A DNA stretch of 54,677 nucleotides, taken from assembly GCA_001938485.1 (NCBI GenBank), contig MQRK01216544.1, positions 28,637-83,313 of the forward strand. Direction: 5' to 3'. Positions within the stretch are counted from its first letter, which is position 1, and each line of letters opens with the position of its first letter. The notes beneath the pieces are model-generated. The model did not search any database. It was not told where the DNA came from and saw only the letters and a list, made by a program, of their open reading frames with translations. The position numbers and the translations under genes were made by a program. The DNA is from Girardia tigrina. Lineage: Eukaryota. Shown here one piece after another: positions 13,798-24,531 of the stretch.

Positions 13798-14586
13798 ATC
13801 TAAGGGATAATCACAGTTACGAGTCTATCGATAGGGCTATACTGGATATTAGTGTTGTGATATTGGTTTTTATTCACTTCTCTTTTAATAAATATTTGTT
13901 CTGATATCTTCATGTTCTGGTTTTTTCTTTTTGTTATTGTTGGTCTTCTTTTTTTTATTGATAAGATTGGAGTTTAAACAAGGTACGGAGCACAATAAAA
14001 ATATTTTATCTGGACTCGATAGCAACAAATCACAACAAAAAACCCCAATTCAATCCAAACCAACCAATGCATCAAAGCAAGAATGAAAATTATTCCAAAA
14101 ATTTATCATTCAAAAATCATTCGAGATAACGAAATTATAAAAATCAATTTTGACAACAATCACTTAATTTAATGCATATGTATTTTAAGAAAAATTGTTT
14201 CTATGAAGAAGAATTATGTTAATCTGATGTGTTAAAAAGAAATATATTTTTCACACATTTTCTCTGATTGATATTTACGAAAATAATATTTTATTAATTA
14301 AATCTATAGAATTCTAAATGATGAAGAATATTAAAATTTTGAATCTAAATCTCGATCAAAAACCTTGGATTTATTCATTATGAATTTCCCCTGCAGTCAC
14401 CATTCACATGTGATTTATTCGAAGTCTCGGAATCCAGAAGAATCATTCAATCGCTAAACAAATAATCTTACGTCATATTTGGAACGAAACAACCGCCAGT
14501 CGTGGATTAAACGAGAGAACCGACTCAGTTCGAAAGATTATCGAGCGGGATACGAATCACGATCAACATTGTCGCTAATTATCCGA

Positions 14587-14691
14587 CTAATCAATACTGC
14601 ACATGGGCTAATCAATACTGCACATGTGCTAATCAATACTGCACATGTGCTAATCAATACTGCACATGTGCTAATCAATACTACACATGTG
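14587..14691. repeat. Tandem repeat, 5 x 21 bp (ctaatcaatactgcacatgtg)
   Basis: Five contiguous units starting at 14587, 14608, 14629, 14650 and 14671. No spacers. Units contain the palindrome gcacatgtgc across their junctions. Confidence 0.95.
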
Positions 14692-15034
14692 TAGCTTACC
14701 TAGGCTTAGTGCAAGTGTGCAAAATCAATAATTTCACAATTGTACAAAGTGCAATATATTCATGTTTTTATATAATCTAGTTTAAAGTGGGGCAGAATGC
14801 CCATAGGGTATAGCCTAAGCTAGTAAGATATCGAAAATCAGCATGAACACATGTAACCCTAGGGAGAAACCCATATAGCCGGAATATGATCTTAGATTCT
14901 CGAAAAAAAAACAATGCATAATGCTTTATTTAGATGTTGTGTTTTATAGTGTAAAGTGAGGGAGAATCCCCATAGGGTATAAAGGGTGAAGAAAGCAAAA
15001 TATCAAAAATTTGTTTGAACAAATGGATAGTAAC

Positions 15035-16094
15035 TCATATATGAATAGTCAGATTCAATATCAACATTTTTGAAAAAATCGATACGTAGTGCTTTTTCGA
15101 ATATATGCACATTATGTGTGCAAATATTATATTATAGATATGTATTATATTATGATATTTGATGTGACCAGGGTCACCGATATCGGTCGCGTGGATTATT
15201 GCGTCCGCCCCGGTCACGTTTAATTTGCCGCCCGCGTGACAGAATCCGTTTTGATGGTGATTGTTGTTGTGATTGTTGCTGTTGCTGTGGTTACCGGTGT
15301 TGATCGGAGCGATTTGTAGCGGCCCCGAGCAACTCGACGACAAATCCACCGCTCCGATATTCCCATAGCAATTCATCGGGACCGACGAAAATTCTGATAG
15401 TTCTTCGGCTCTTCGCTTTTTCGACATCAAATATTTAGAATTCGATCCGGCGGTGATTATTTTCCGATTGTTATTGGAATTTTTGGCGTTATCGACCGAG
15501 GAAGAAGCGATCAATGTCGACGAGCAGCAATCGGACAACAACTCCATCCCGACTATCGGACCGCCGTTCCTTAAATACGCAAAACTTTTCGCGGGATTCG
15601 CGGCGAATGGAAGTGGTTCATTTGACCCATCGATTTGATTCGAGCGTTTGGTCGATTCTTCACTCGAATAATCGATCGATTTCGGTTCTGCATCAAACGC
15701 GTTGCACATGTTGATGTTGGCAGCAATTTTCTCTTCTCTCGCTGACTTGAGCGCGCTGATCTGCAGATAGTCGGCACATACGAACATGTCGATGCAGTGC
15801 TCATTGGACACGCTAGCGCCACGACCCGCGCTGTACAGGAACAGCAGACAGTTCCTGATTTCCGCCGCCGACACGATTTCACTCAGCTGCGTTTGCTCCG
15901 CATTCGGATTGAAATTCAAGAATGCCTTGAAATATTCGGAACCGGCGTAAAGAAAAAATCTGTGACAGCGAATTCGCTGTTCGTTCACCACGATCGAGAA
16001 ATCACTGAACAAACAGATCTCGAACAAATGCAAATTGTTCGCTATGATGTGATTGAGGCGTTTGTCGTGTTTGAATAAAGAAATTGGAATTCAT
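15035..16094 (-). pseudogene. GC-rich chimeric ORF: Kelch-like BTB/POZ domain fused to an unrelated low-complexity segment
   Basis: FSDFSIVVNEQRIRCHRFFLYAGSEYFKAFL...LLFLYS...ADYLQISALK is a clear BTB signature. It breaks off at the start of the BACK region (NINMCNAF). The frame is open upstream to ~16090 and the nearest ATG (16094) is out of frame. Confidence 0.7.
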
Positions 16095-16199
16095 TTTTTA
16101 ATCAAAATATTTATTAAATTACATATCACTTAAAGAAAACTCTTAATTGGTTGCTACTGTTGATGCTATTTAGTGAACACTACAATATTATACTATGTT

Positions 16200-16900
16200 A
16201 TCAACCAATATCGTATCAACCATTCAAAACATTACCGTATCCAAGGTGATATCGTCATGCATTCATCGTGTCAACGTATTGTATCCATCATGTTAACGTT
16301 TTGCTTCCATCATATCAATACACAGCTGAACATGTAAAAAATACTGAAAATGCTGAATAATATATAAAGTACTTAAAAGAACTACATTATCAATCATTAC
16401 CATCATGCTATCAACCATCACATTTACCTTAACCACCATAAAAATCACCATATCAATTATCAAATATACCTTATCAGCCATATATCAACCTTCAAATATA
16501 CCATATCAACTATTAAATATACCTCAACAACCATCAAAATCACCTCATCAAACATACCACCAACCATCACATTTACCTCAACAACCATCAAAATCATCAT
16601 ATCAACTATCCAATATACCTTATCAGTCATACAATCAACTATCAAATTTACCTCAAAAACCATCAAAATTACCATATCAACCATTAAAAACACCTTATTA
16701 GCCATATCATCAACCATCAAAATTACCATATACCTTATCAGATATATCATCAGCTATCAAATATACCTTAACAACCATATTATTAACCATCAAAATCACC
16801 TCTTGAACAGCCATTTGTATATAAAAACCTTCAAATCTACCTTAACAGCGATAAAAAGTGACCCTAATTGTATCAACCATTATCTTATCAACCTTTAGTG
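16200..16900. repeat. Degenerate C/A-rich minisatellite (~21-bp unit, e.g. caaccatcaaaatcacct...)
   Basis: Recurrent accatcaaaat / atcaactatcaaat motifs with strong strand bias. The translation shows a 7-aa periodicity (QQPSKSP / QLSNIPY). Confidence 0.8.
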
Positions 16901-16934
16901 ATTCACAACACAGTTCAAATGTTTCTATGGTGTT

Positions 16935-17228
16935 TTATATGTTATATATTATATTATTATCTATTTGTAATATATAATGGTTATATAGCACACTGAAACT
17001 TGATTCATCAAAGTATATGCAATCTATGTTGATGAAGATATATGTAATGCATGTCTTATAGTATATACCTCTACTCATATATTGATATACATAACATAAA
17101 ACATCACCGTCAACGAAAATATTGATTGGTTGCACAATTGTACATCTTTCTATTGCGGAACTATATTTCTCATATTCATATATATCTATAGTATTAATAT
17201 GTTGATCATAATCATTTATGATTTCCAT
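16935..17228 (-). CDS. Hypothetical small ORF (97 aa, Ile/Tyr-rich)
   Basis: ATG-started open frame in very AT-rich DNA, co-oriented with the 17613-18002 ORF. No recognisable motif. Confidence 0.3.
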   Translation of the reverse strand: MEIINDYDQHINTIDIYEYEKYSSAIERCTIVQPINIFVDGDVLCYVYQYMSRGIYYKTCITYIFINIDCIYFDESSFSVLYNHYILQIDNNIIYNI

Positions 17229-17612
17229 AGATTGTATACTAATAAGTGCATTACCTCACGGACATTATTTCTAGTGAATGATCCACTTGTATATATAGTA
17301 CATATGTAAATAAATAAATGTTCTTTATAACCTTGTTACATTTTAATTCAATTAAAGGTTAATAAAATAATTATTTCAGAAAGTAACATGTAAAACATTT
17401 GTTAACGTGATGATAATAATTCAAGTTAATCTATACTATACACAAATGCAAAAATTCTCCATTCATTTCTAAATTCAGCTTTACTATCTCTAATACATAT
17501 TTCATTTATGTTACTATATCAATTTTAACAAATGTATTAACCTATTTTATATAAAATCAAGACTAAATTATTACAAGATTTATTAACACAACAATACAAT
17601 TTGTATAAACAA

Positions 17613-18163
17613 TTAAATACAACGAATTTCTAACAATTTCCATATTGGATAATTTTTACCATCTTTTTCTTTTCTTCCTTGTATGCATATTTTGATAAAT
17701 GCTCTGGAATAATTAGACAAGCCCATTGCTGGTATGCCATGACCCCTAAAATCTCTGAATTTTAATCCATCGTCTGAACGTAAATTTTGTTCTCTAAGCT
17801 GACTCAGCTTTCCATCTGGTCTTGCTCCTACTTCTTGTAGGGCTACATTTAGAAGATCATAATTGCGATCACTTATACCCATTACATGGAAGTTGAATTT
17901 ACTCTTTCTAATATGTACTGGATCAGTCAATTCAATTAATTTTGGACATTTCAAAAACTGTATATGGTATCCCTTATAGTTTGTTGATGGTTTAAACGCC
18001 ATGTTGATGGATTTATTTGTGAAGTCTTCTTTATTCGCATTGTCTTTCTTAGTGAATATTTTGTTTGAGCAGCATTTATCTCTTCAGCAACTTAGTTAGT
18101 CTTTTTAAATCTTTCATTATCAATGTGCAACTTTACTTCAGCAGCAGTTTGATTTTGATACAT
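17613..18163 (-). CDS. Hypothetical protein (129-aa intact C-part; disrupted N-extension from ATG 18163)
   Basis: Complex, protein-like composition. The upstream frame MYQNQTAAEVKLHIDNERFKK has one stop and a frameshift before MAFKPS. Confidence 0.5.
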
Positions 18164-18713
18164 CTTGAAATATTAAGAGAAAAAAATGATTTGAGTATGG
18201 AGCGAAAAAAAACTCACCATTTTCTTAACCAGATTTTAAAATAATGGCAGATGTCTGATTAGAAATTTAAAATATTGATTAAATTTTAAATTTTAAATTC
18301 AAATTCAAATTTGAATTGTAATCATTACGTTAACATTCATTTTTAAGAAAGCAAAATATGAAAATGGCGACATGGCTCTGAAATAAAACCTTAACAAAAA
18401 ACAAAGGTTTAATCATTAAAGAGACAGAAACGGTGTTAGATCCAGTTACCACTATGTCAAGTGGAAAAATTATGAAGATATCCTGTTCTCAGGTTCAACC
18501 TCTCAGAAAAGTAATCAATATATGAAAATTCTAATTGCACATTCACATAGAGAATCAAAATGTGTATCAAACACATGATATCGATTTTTGACACTAGTAC
18601 TTTTAAAAAATTTTATGTATTGATTTTTGCACTTGCACATGTGCAACTTAGAAAGCACTGTGCTAGCACATTAGAAATGTGCGGCACAATGTAGATTAGC
18701 ACTTTTTTATTCG

Positions 18714-19074
18714 GTTGCTATGGAAAGGTTGACGGTTGCTATGGATACGGTAAGCGTTACCATGGTTACAACAGCCTTGAATCGCTGTATCCGTTGGTAA
18801 TGAAAAACGTCCCTTGGTTACCGTTGCTATGGTAACTAAGACCTTGGTTACCGTTACCAAGTGAACCGAAACCGTTGGCAAGGTGATCGGAACCGTTGCA
18901 AGGGTGATCGCAACCGTTACTAGGGTGATCGCGAACGTTACTAGAGAATCACCGACCAATCAGAAGTGTTTTTGGTTAATCGCGACCTTTGCTAGGGTAC
19001 CGGGAACCAATCAGAAGCGTTTCAAAGTGAGCCGGAACCGTTGCTATGGTTAACGCGACCGTTGCCATGGCAAC
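18714..19074. promoter_or_regulatory. Array of RFX X-box-like motifs with two CCAAT (NF-Y-type) boxes
   Basis: Perfect GTTGCCATGGCAAC at 19061-19074. Strong variants at 18735, 18756 and 18823; weaker ones at 18714, 18853, 18874, 18895, 18916, 18937 and 19040. accaatcagaag at ~18955 and ~19006. Confidence 0.65.
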
Positions 19075-22060
19075 GGGTGACTGGACCACCCCCCCGGGGG
19101 TCAATTATTGATTGAGGGTGAGTCCCAATTTTCCCCTACTAAAATATTCTTTGAAGGGGTTTGTAAGAAAATTAAATATTAAAAATTTTTTTTAATAACT
19201 TGTTTAAATAATTTTACTTTAAAATAATTTTTACTTTTAATTTTAAATGGAAAAAATAATTTTCTGGAAATAAATATAGTTAACATAGTGAACTAAGGGG
19301 TTAATTAGACATTTCAAATAAATGTGCCCAAATAAATTTTCATTCCACTTGAAACTTTCTTACAAGCCATCACGGCATGTGTTCCGCCCGATTGCTCTGG
19401 TTGCTCTGAAGACGGGACGGAGGTAGCAGAGGTGAGTACTGGGAGCTCGGACTCGTTGTGCTGGGGGTCCATATCATATTGAGTTCGTTCAAACAGATCA
19501 TATTTAGTACAAAAACAAATTTAATTGTTCACAATAAATCGAACGTAATAAAAAATTTCAAATCGTTTCTTTAACAACAAAATTAATCAAATCACTTTTC
19601 TCTTTTTATCACCCAAAATGTAATTGTTTTTATCAACAAATGATTCAATAGTGTTCCACCTGATTTTCGAGTTGCCTCGAGAACCAGACGGAGGAAGCAT
19701 GTGGTAACGATGAACATTTCCGGATAGCGTGCGGGGCCCGTATTTGATAGCATAATCTTCCCTTCTTCGATAGACACAAGTAAAAAAGAATTATCTGATT
19801 GAGCACATTCACCAATCGGGACTTGATACGATACTGTATGATTCCGCAAGTATTAAATTGGGTGCATAAATATTGTATCAAATTATATCTGAGCATTTTG
19901 TTTCGCATTTCATGCAGGGCATCATTGAAATTTGAGATCAATTCACTCATCAGCTGTACGATTACAGCTTGAAAAGCAAATGTTTCAGTTTGCCTATCCG
20001 TCATATCAATTTTTGAAGTTGGTATTTCAGGACTCGATAAAATAAAAATCGAGTAACTTCATCTTGAAAACTGAACTGGTGCTTTTGGCACGAAACTCTT
20101 TTCTCTCAGACGTGAATTTCGTGAAGCAAATCATGCTGGCTTTCGACATACCATCAAATTCGAAATATTCATCGAAATAATTATAAAAGATATTAAACAA
20201 CGCTTCTTCGAAATTCTTAAATTTTAAATGTCAAAAAATGGCCGATTTAATCGACGCCAGAGCGCAGTTAAATTCGATTACATTATCAATAAATTTCAAA
20301 TTTGAAAATCGATGTGAGTAACGATAGAAGTTTTTAAATTATTGCAATTGTTGGGAGCGTTGTTGAGTTCATAAAATTTTTTGAATTTACAATCTTATCA
20401 AATTAATAATTAAACAATTACATTCCATAACATATGTTAAAATTATATATTAATTCCATAGATATGTTAAAATAAGATTTTCAGAAATTTAATATAAAAA
20501 TTAATTTATGTTAAGAAATAAAATAAATTTTACGGTAGGTTTATAAAAAGATTTATGCAAAGATTTATTATAAATTAAAAAAAGTTAATTTCAATTTTGA
20601 TGAAAATATTTAATTGAAATAAAATCAAAAGTAATATAAAGTTTAATATTTTATTCGCGAAATGAAAGTAAACTAAACTATTTTTTTGGTAACTTTTATT
20701 TTACACGATTAAATCGAAGTAAATTAAAAATGTAATTATATCTTTTTAGAAATTGTAATTGGAATCAAAATATAATTGTAAAACAATTAAATCGACTTAA
20801 ATGAAAATGCGATTTTAATTTTATTTTGGAAAGCGTAATTATTAATGGAAATATAATTTTATTTTTTTATGTAAAAAGGGGTAATTTAAAAGTTGTTAAA
20901 TTAAACGAAATTGCGATTTTAAATTCTATTTTCAAAACATTATTTTACTAAATCTAATGTAATTTTAAAACTATTATGAAAACGAAATGACAAATGCTAT
21001 TGTGTAGAATTGGGAAATTTAATTGAGAGACAGGTAAATTTAAATGTACATTAAAATTGAAATTTAATAAAATTGAAATTAAATCTTTGTGACAAAATTT
21101 TAATAAATTCACTTTATATTTTTTATTAAAAAAAGTATAGAATTTTAATTCGCAAAAAATATAATAACCATATTTATATAAATTCTTATTTAGTTTGTGT
21201 AAAAAAGAAAGAGCAAATGTTCCTCGAAAATATTTCTTTAAAAAACTTAAATTGCGGTAGAAATAAAGTTTTGTGTTAATGACAACTTCTTTTGATCAAG
21301 AACCCAATAACAATTATATTGATTTTTAACAATAATTAAAAAATTGATATTTGGATGAAGATTTTTCAATCGATGCAATATTTTATTTTTTCAAAAAAAG
21401 TTTCAGCTGCAACTTACAAATTTTCAAATTTACAGCAAATATTTGGAAATTCCCACTTTATCATCATACTTCAACAAACAAATTCTCATAGCGATGACAA
21501 CAACAAATTCGTTCGAAAATTATCTCTCTTACTCAAAATATACAAAATCGTCAATTATCAAAGCGAAAAACAATCTCTGTCAAAATTTCGCCACATAAAC
21601 AATTTTAATCTTCAATGACGCCTTGAAACAAACGCATTTTTTAACCATTTATTTTCATTTGTATAATTTATTTTTAATTTAATTACTTTTTTTCTCTTAA
21701 TATTTATTTACAATATATATAATTATATAACAACAAAAAATAAATATATTACAGGATGTCATTTCAAATTAAGGGTTAAGTGTTCCTATTCGAGACTTCG
21801 AGAAAAGAGAGAGAGAATTAAATTCTTATAATAATAACCAAAACATTATATAAATTATGATAACAATTTTGAACTCCGAACAAATAGTTTTTATCAACAT
21901 TTTTAAAAAATGAACATCAATCACTAACATAATAAATTTGATTCAGTTTTATAATTTGAAATAAACGAACAAGTTATTTTGTTTGACTCTATTATTTATT
22001 TCATTTGATATTAATTTCAGTATTCAAAATAAAGCATCAACACAATTCATCATCTCAAAA

Positions 22061-22105
22061 ATGCTATTAAAACAAAATATTTACAAAATTAAATCTTTTA
22101 CTCAA
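22061..22105 (+). CDS. BCKDHA: BCKDHA-like exon 1 (putative mitochondrial transit peptide MLLKQNIYKIKSFTQ)
   Basis: ATG followed by a GT donor at 22106. Joins exon 2 in frame via a 45-nt intron ending ttag at 22150. Basic, acid-free peptide. An alternative start at ATG 22157 is possible. Confidence 0.55.
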
Positions 22106-22150
22106 GTAATTTTTGTAATAAATAGTTGTTTTTATAAAGGTGGAATTTAG

Positions 22151-22321
22151 AAATGGATGTACCAAAGATTCTCATCAAATCAAAGAAGCTCAAATTCAAT
22201 TTCGAATGAAATTTATTCTAATAATTTGGAATTTTTAGAAAGAAACAGTCGTGAAAAAATTCCAACTTACCGAATATTGAATGATGACGGCTGCTTGATA
22301 AATAACAACGAGGAACCAAAA
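22151..22321 (+). CDS. BCKDHA: BCKDHA-like exon 2
   Basis: NNLEFL...IPTYRILNDDGCLINNNEEPK matches E1-alpha KLEFI...[20 protein letters not shown]. Donor gtaaga at 22322. Confidence 0.85.
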
Positions 22322-22489
22322 GTAAGAAGAGTTTATTATATTATATATAAGACGTAATGATGTAAGATATTAACAACCGAGAAATACAGAAGATAAAAGG
22401 TACCAATTTAGGAATCTTACAATCTATCTAACATTTGTCTATTTATCAGAATCCAAACACACAAGACCAAGATGTTAGGAGTATTGAGT

Positions 22490-22975
22490 CAATTTTTATT
22501 TAAACATTTATTATTATCACATTTAGAGTCATTAGAACTCTCGGAAGATCGTTCACAACTTCACATCGTTCTATTTGGTTTTGTTATTTCTATTTTTAAT
22601 AATGATTATTCGATCAATGTTTCTAAATCTTTCTAAAATATTTAATTTCCAAAAATATTTATTAAAATTAATAACTTTAACCATTTCTTTACAATAACTC
22701 AAAATAATAAAAATATTTTATCCAATTTTACAAAAATTTAATTTTAAATTTCATTAAATTAAAAGTATATATTATAAAAAATATACTTAAAAATTTTCTA
22801 AACTTATAGAAATATCTTAATTAAAATATGCGAATTTCATTAGTTTATTTTATATCCCTTTAAATAATTTCTATTTTATTTTTAAAAATATTAAATTGAT
22901 TGCGAAAATTTAAACTTATCAGATTATTATCATTTCGTTATTATTATTTTAATTATGTTTGAATAGTTAATTACC
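22490..22975 (-). repeat. LTR-like repeat fragment homologous to ~51400-51750
   Basis: Shared blocks atcacatttagagtcatta..., ttggtttt..tatttcta...atgattattcga and tttaattatgtt.gaatagt. Confidence 0.6.
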
Positions 22976-23802
22976 GTGAATTTTTCTCCATTTTTGGAAT
23001 GCATTAATATAAGTTTTGCAGTTTATGTACCAAAATAAAGGATCTACGACAAAACGCCACGGACCAAAAGTTGCGAATTTAAACACCGTGTGGTAAAAAA
23101 AGCCACGTGTTAAAAACGCCGTGGACAAAAATGCCGATTTTAATAATTAAATTATTAAAATATTAATATTATTAAAATGAATGTTATTAATTATTCAATT
23201 TATTACTAATTTACTTAATATTTTATTTATAATTTATTTAACTTTAAAAAAATAAAAATAAAGACAATGATTTATTTTAATGAAATATTTGAGAAAATTA
23301 AAAAATAACAATAATCAGATAAAAATATAATAATTTATTCCATTTTTTCCAATAACTTTTACAAACAATATTAATCGTCTAGTAATTACTAATTATGAAA
23401 TTTAAGAAAGCACCAAAGACTGAATGAAATTTTTTTACAGTGACATGATAATGGTATATAAATTTTAAAACAATGGTGGACTATACCGCTTAAATATTCC
23501 ATAATGTTTCTCTCTCTATAGTCTTGTACAATTTTCCATAATCATCTCAAGGCTTCTTTATAATTTTTCCTTTCTGGATTCGCTTCCATACCTGAAATTG
23601 TTTGCTCAAATTTTATTTCATTTGAATTCTGCTCCTTTTTCAAGTTTTTATCAGCTAGAAAAAAAGACCACCCGCGGGTCATCAAGGGTAGGGGAGTGGG
23701 TTCGATAGCGTCGTTATCTAATTTATTATTTTTATCTTTGTTTTTACTATTATTATTTTTATCTCTATTATAATTCTTGTTATTTTTATCTTCATTATTA
23801 CT

Positions 23803-24531
23803 CTAGTTATTTTTATCTTTATTGCTTTTATTTTTGTTTGTATTATCCTTAATTTTATTATTATTTTTGTAATTATTTTTATTATTTATTTTTATATAAA
23901 TATATATAATAATAACACAAGGACATACGTTTATTAATCGTCCGAAAGCGCCGACCAACTTTGGAATATCTGAATACTTGGTCTTTCTTTCGCAATTATT
24001 GGAACCACTTGAGGAGCCACCGATGAAATAATCTGGTTGAAACAATTTCCCAAGATTCGAATTCAGAGCGTAATCGAGAGTGGTACTATTCAATTCAACC
24101 ACGACGCTGATCGGCACACACTCTCCATGAACTCCCGAAGTAATGTAAACGTCAATTCTCTGTAATTGCAAATCACTGTCGCTTTCGTGAACGCCAGTGA
24201 TCGGTTTGACACCGTCTATGTTGGTGATTATTTTCCAAAACTTCATTCCCATACTGTTTTTACAACTTTGAAATATTCTCATTAATTTATACCATTTATC
24301 ATGAATGTCTTCACAAAATTTGATATGCAATCTCCAATCGAGAATTATTACATGATTATCTTCAAATGTCTTTACAAAATAATCCACATTAAAAATATAG
24401 TCGAATGGCATGAATAATTTTCTTAGATAATAATTGAAATCAATATTTCTCATATCATTCTTTATTATTATATATTTACAAATTAACGGAGTTACCGCGA
24501 ATATAAAAACAATATTAAACGTTTTAAACAA
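23803..24531 (-). CDS. Hypothetical protein (up to 242 aa; first ATG ~24453), unassigned
   Basis: Long uninterrupted frame with complex composition in AT-rich DNA. The last ~35 codons run into simple AT repeats. Confidence 0.5.
   Translation of the reverse strand: MFKTFNIVFIFAVTPLICKYIIIKNDMRNIDFNYYLRKLFMPFDYIFNVDYFVKTFEDNHVIILDWRLHIKFCEDIHDKWYKLMRIFQSCKNSMGMKFWKIITNIDGVKPITGVHESDSDLQLQRIDVYITSGVHGECVPISVVVELNSTTLDYALNSNLGKLFQPDYFIGGSSSGSNNCERKTKYSDIPKLVGAFGRLINVCPCVIIIYIYIKINNKNNYKNNNKIKDNTNKNKSNKDKNN

Larger units (their letters stand above)
14587..19140. mobile_element. Putative non-autonomous Maverick/Polinton-like or other virus-like element (one intact terminus)
   Basis: GC-rich repeat-containing arm ends sharply at ...cccctact (5'-AGTAG on minus). 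Short inverted similarity between ~14709-14730 (gtgcaagtgtgcaaaatcaata) and ~18618-18643. Compact intronless ORFs inside. No pPolB, integrase, ATPase or capsid recognised. Confidence 0.4.

Noticed and set aside
14587-14691. CRISPR-like array
   Set aside because: Units are contiguous with no unique spacers, there are no cas genes, and the context is eukaryotic.
16293-16750. Overlapping Q/P-rich and M/V/D-rich ORFs
   Set aside because: Open in several frames on both strands because of the minisatellite; no independent coding evidence.
18415-18490. Chromodomain-like peptide RDRNGVRSSYHYVKWKNYED (would suit a Maverick integrase tail)
   Set aside because: Very short, preceded by stops and lacking the downstream W-E/P motif. 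Another frame is more open. Not supportable without an HMM search.
18696-18959. 87-aa Thr/Val-rich ORF
   Set aside because: Non-ATG start; a by-product of the 21-bp X-box repeats.
22140-22150. Alternative acceptor at 22139 giving a 34-nt first intron
   Set aside because: It puts exon 2 out of frame with the conserved E1-alpha sequence; the AG at 22149-22150 keeps the frame.
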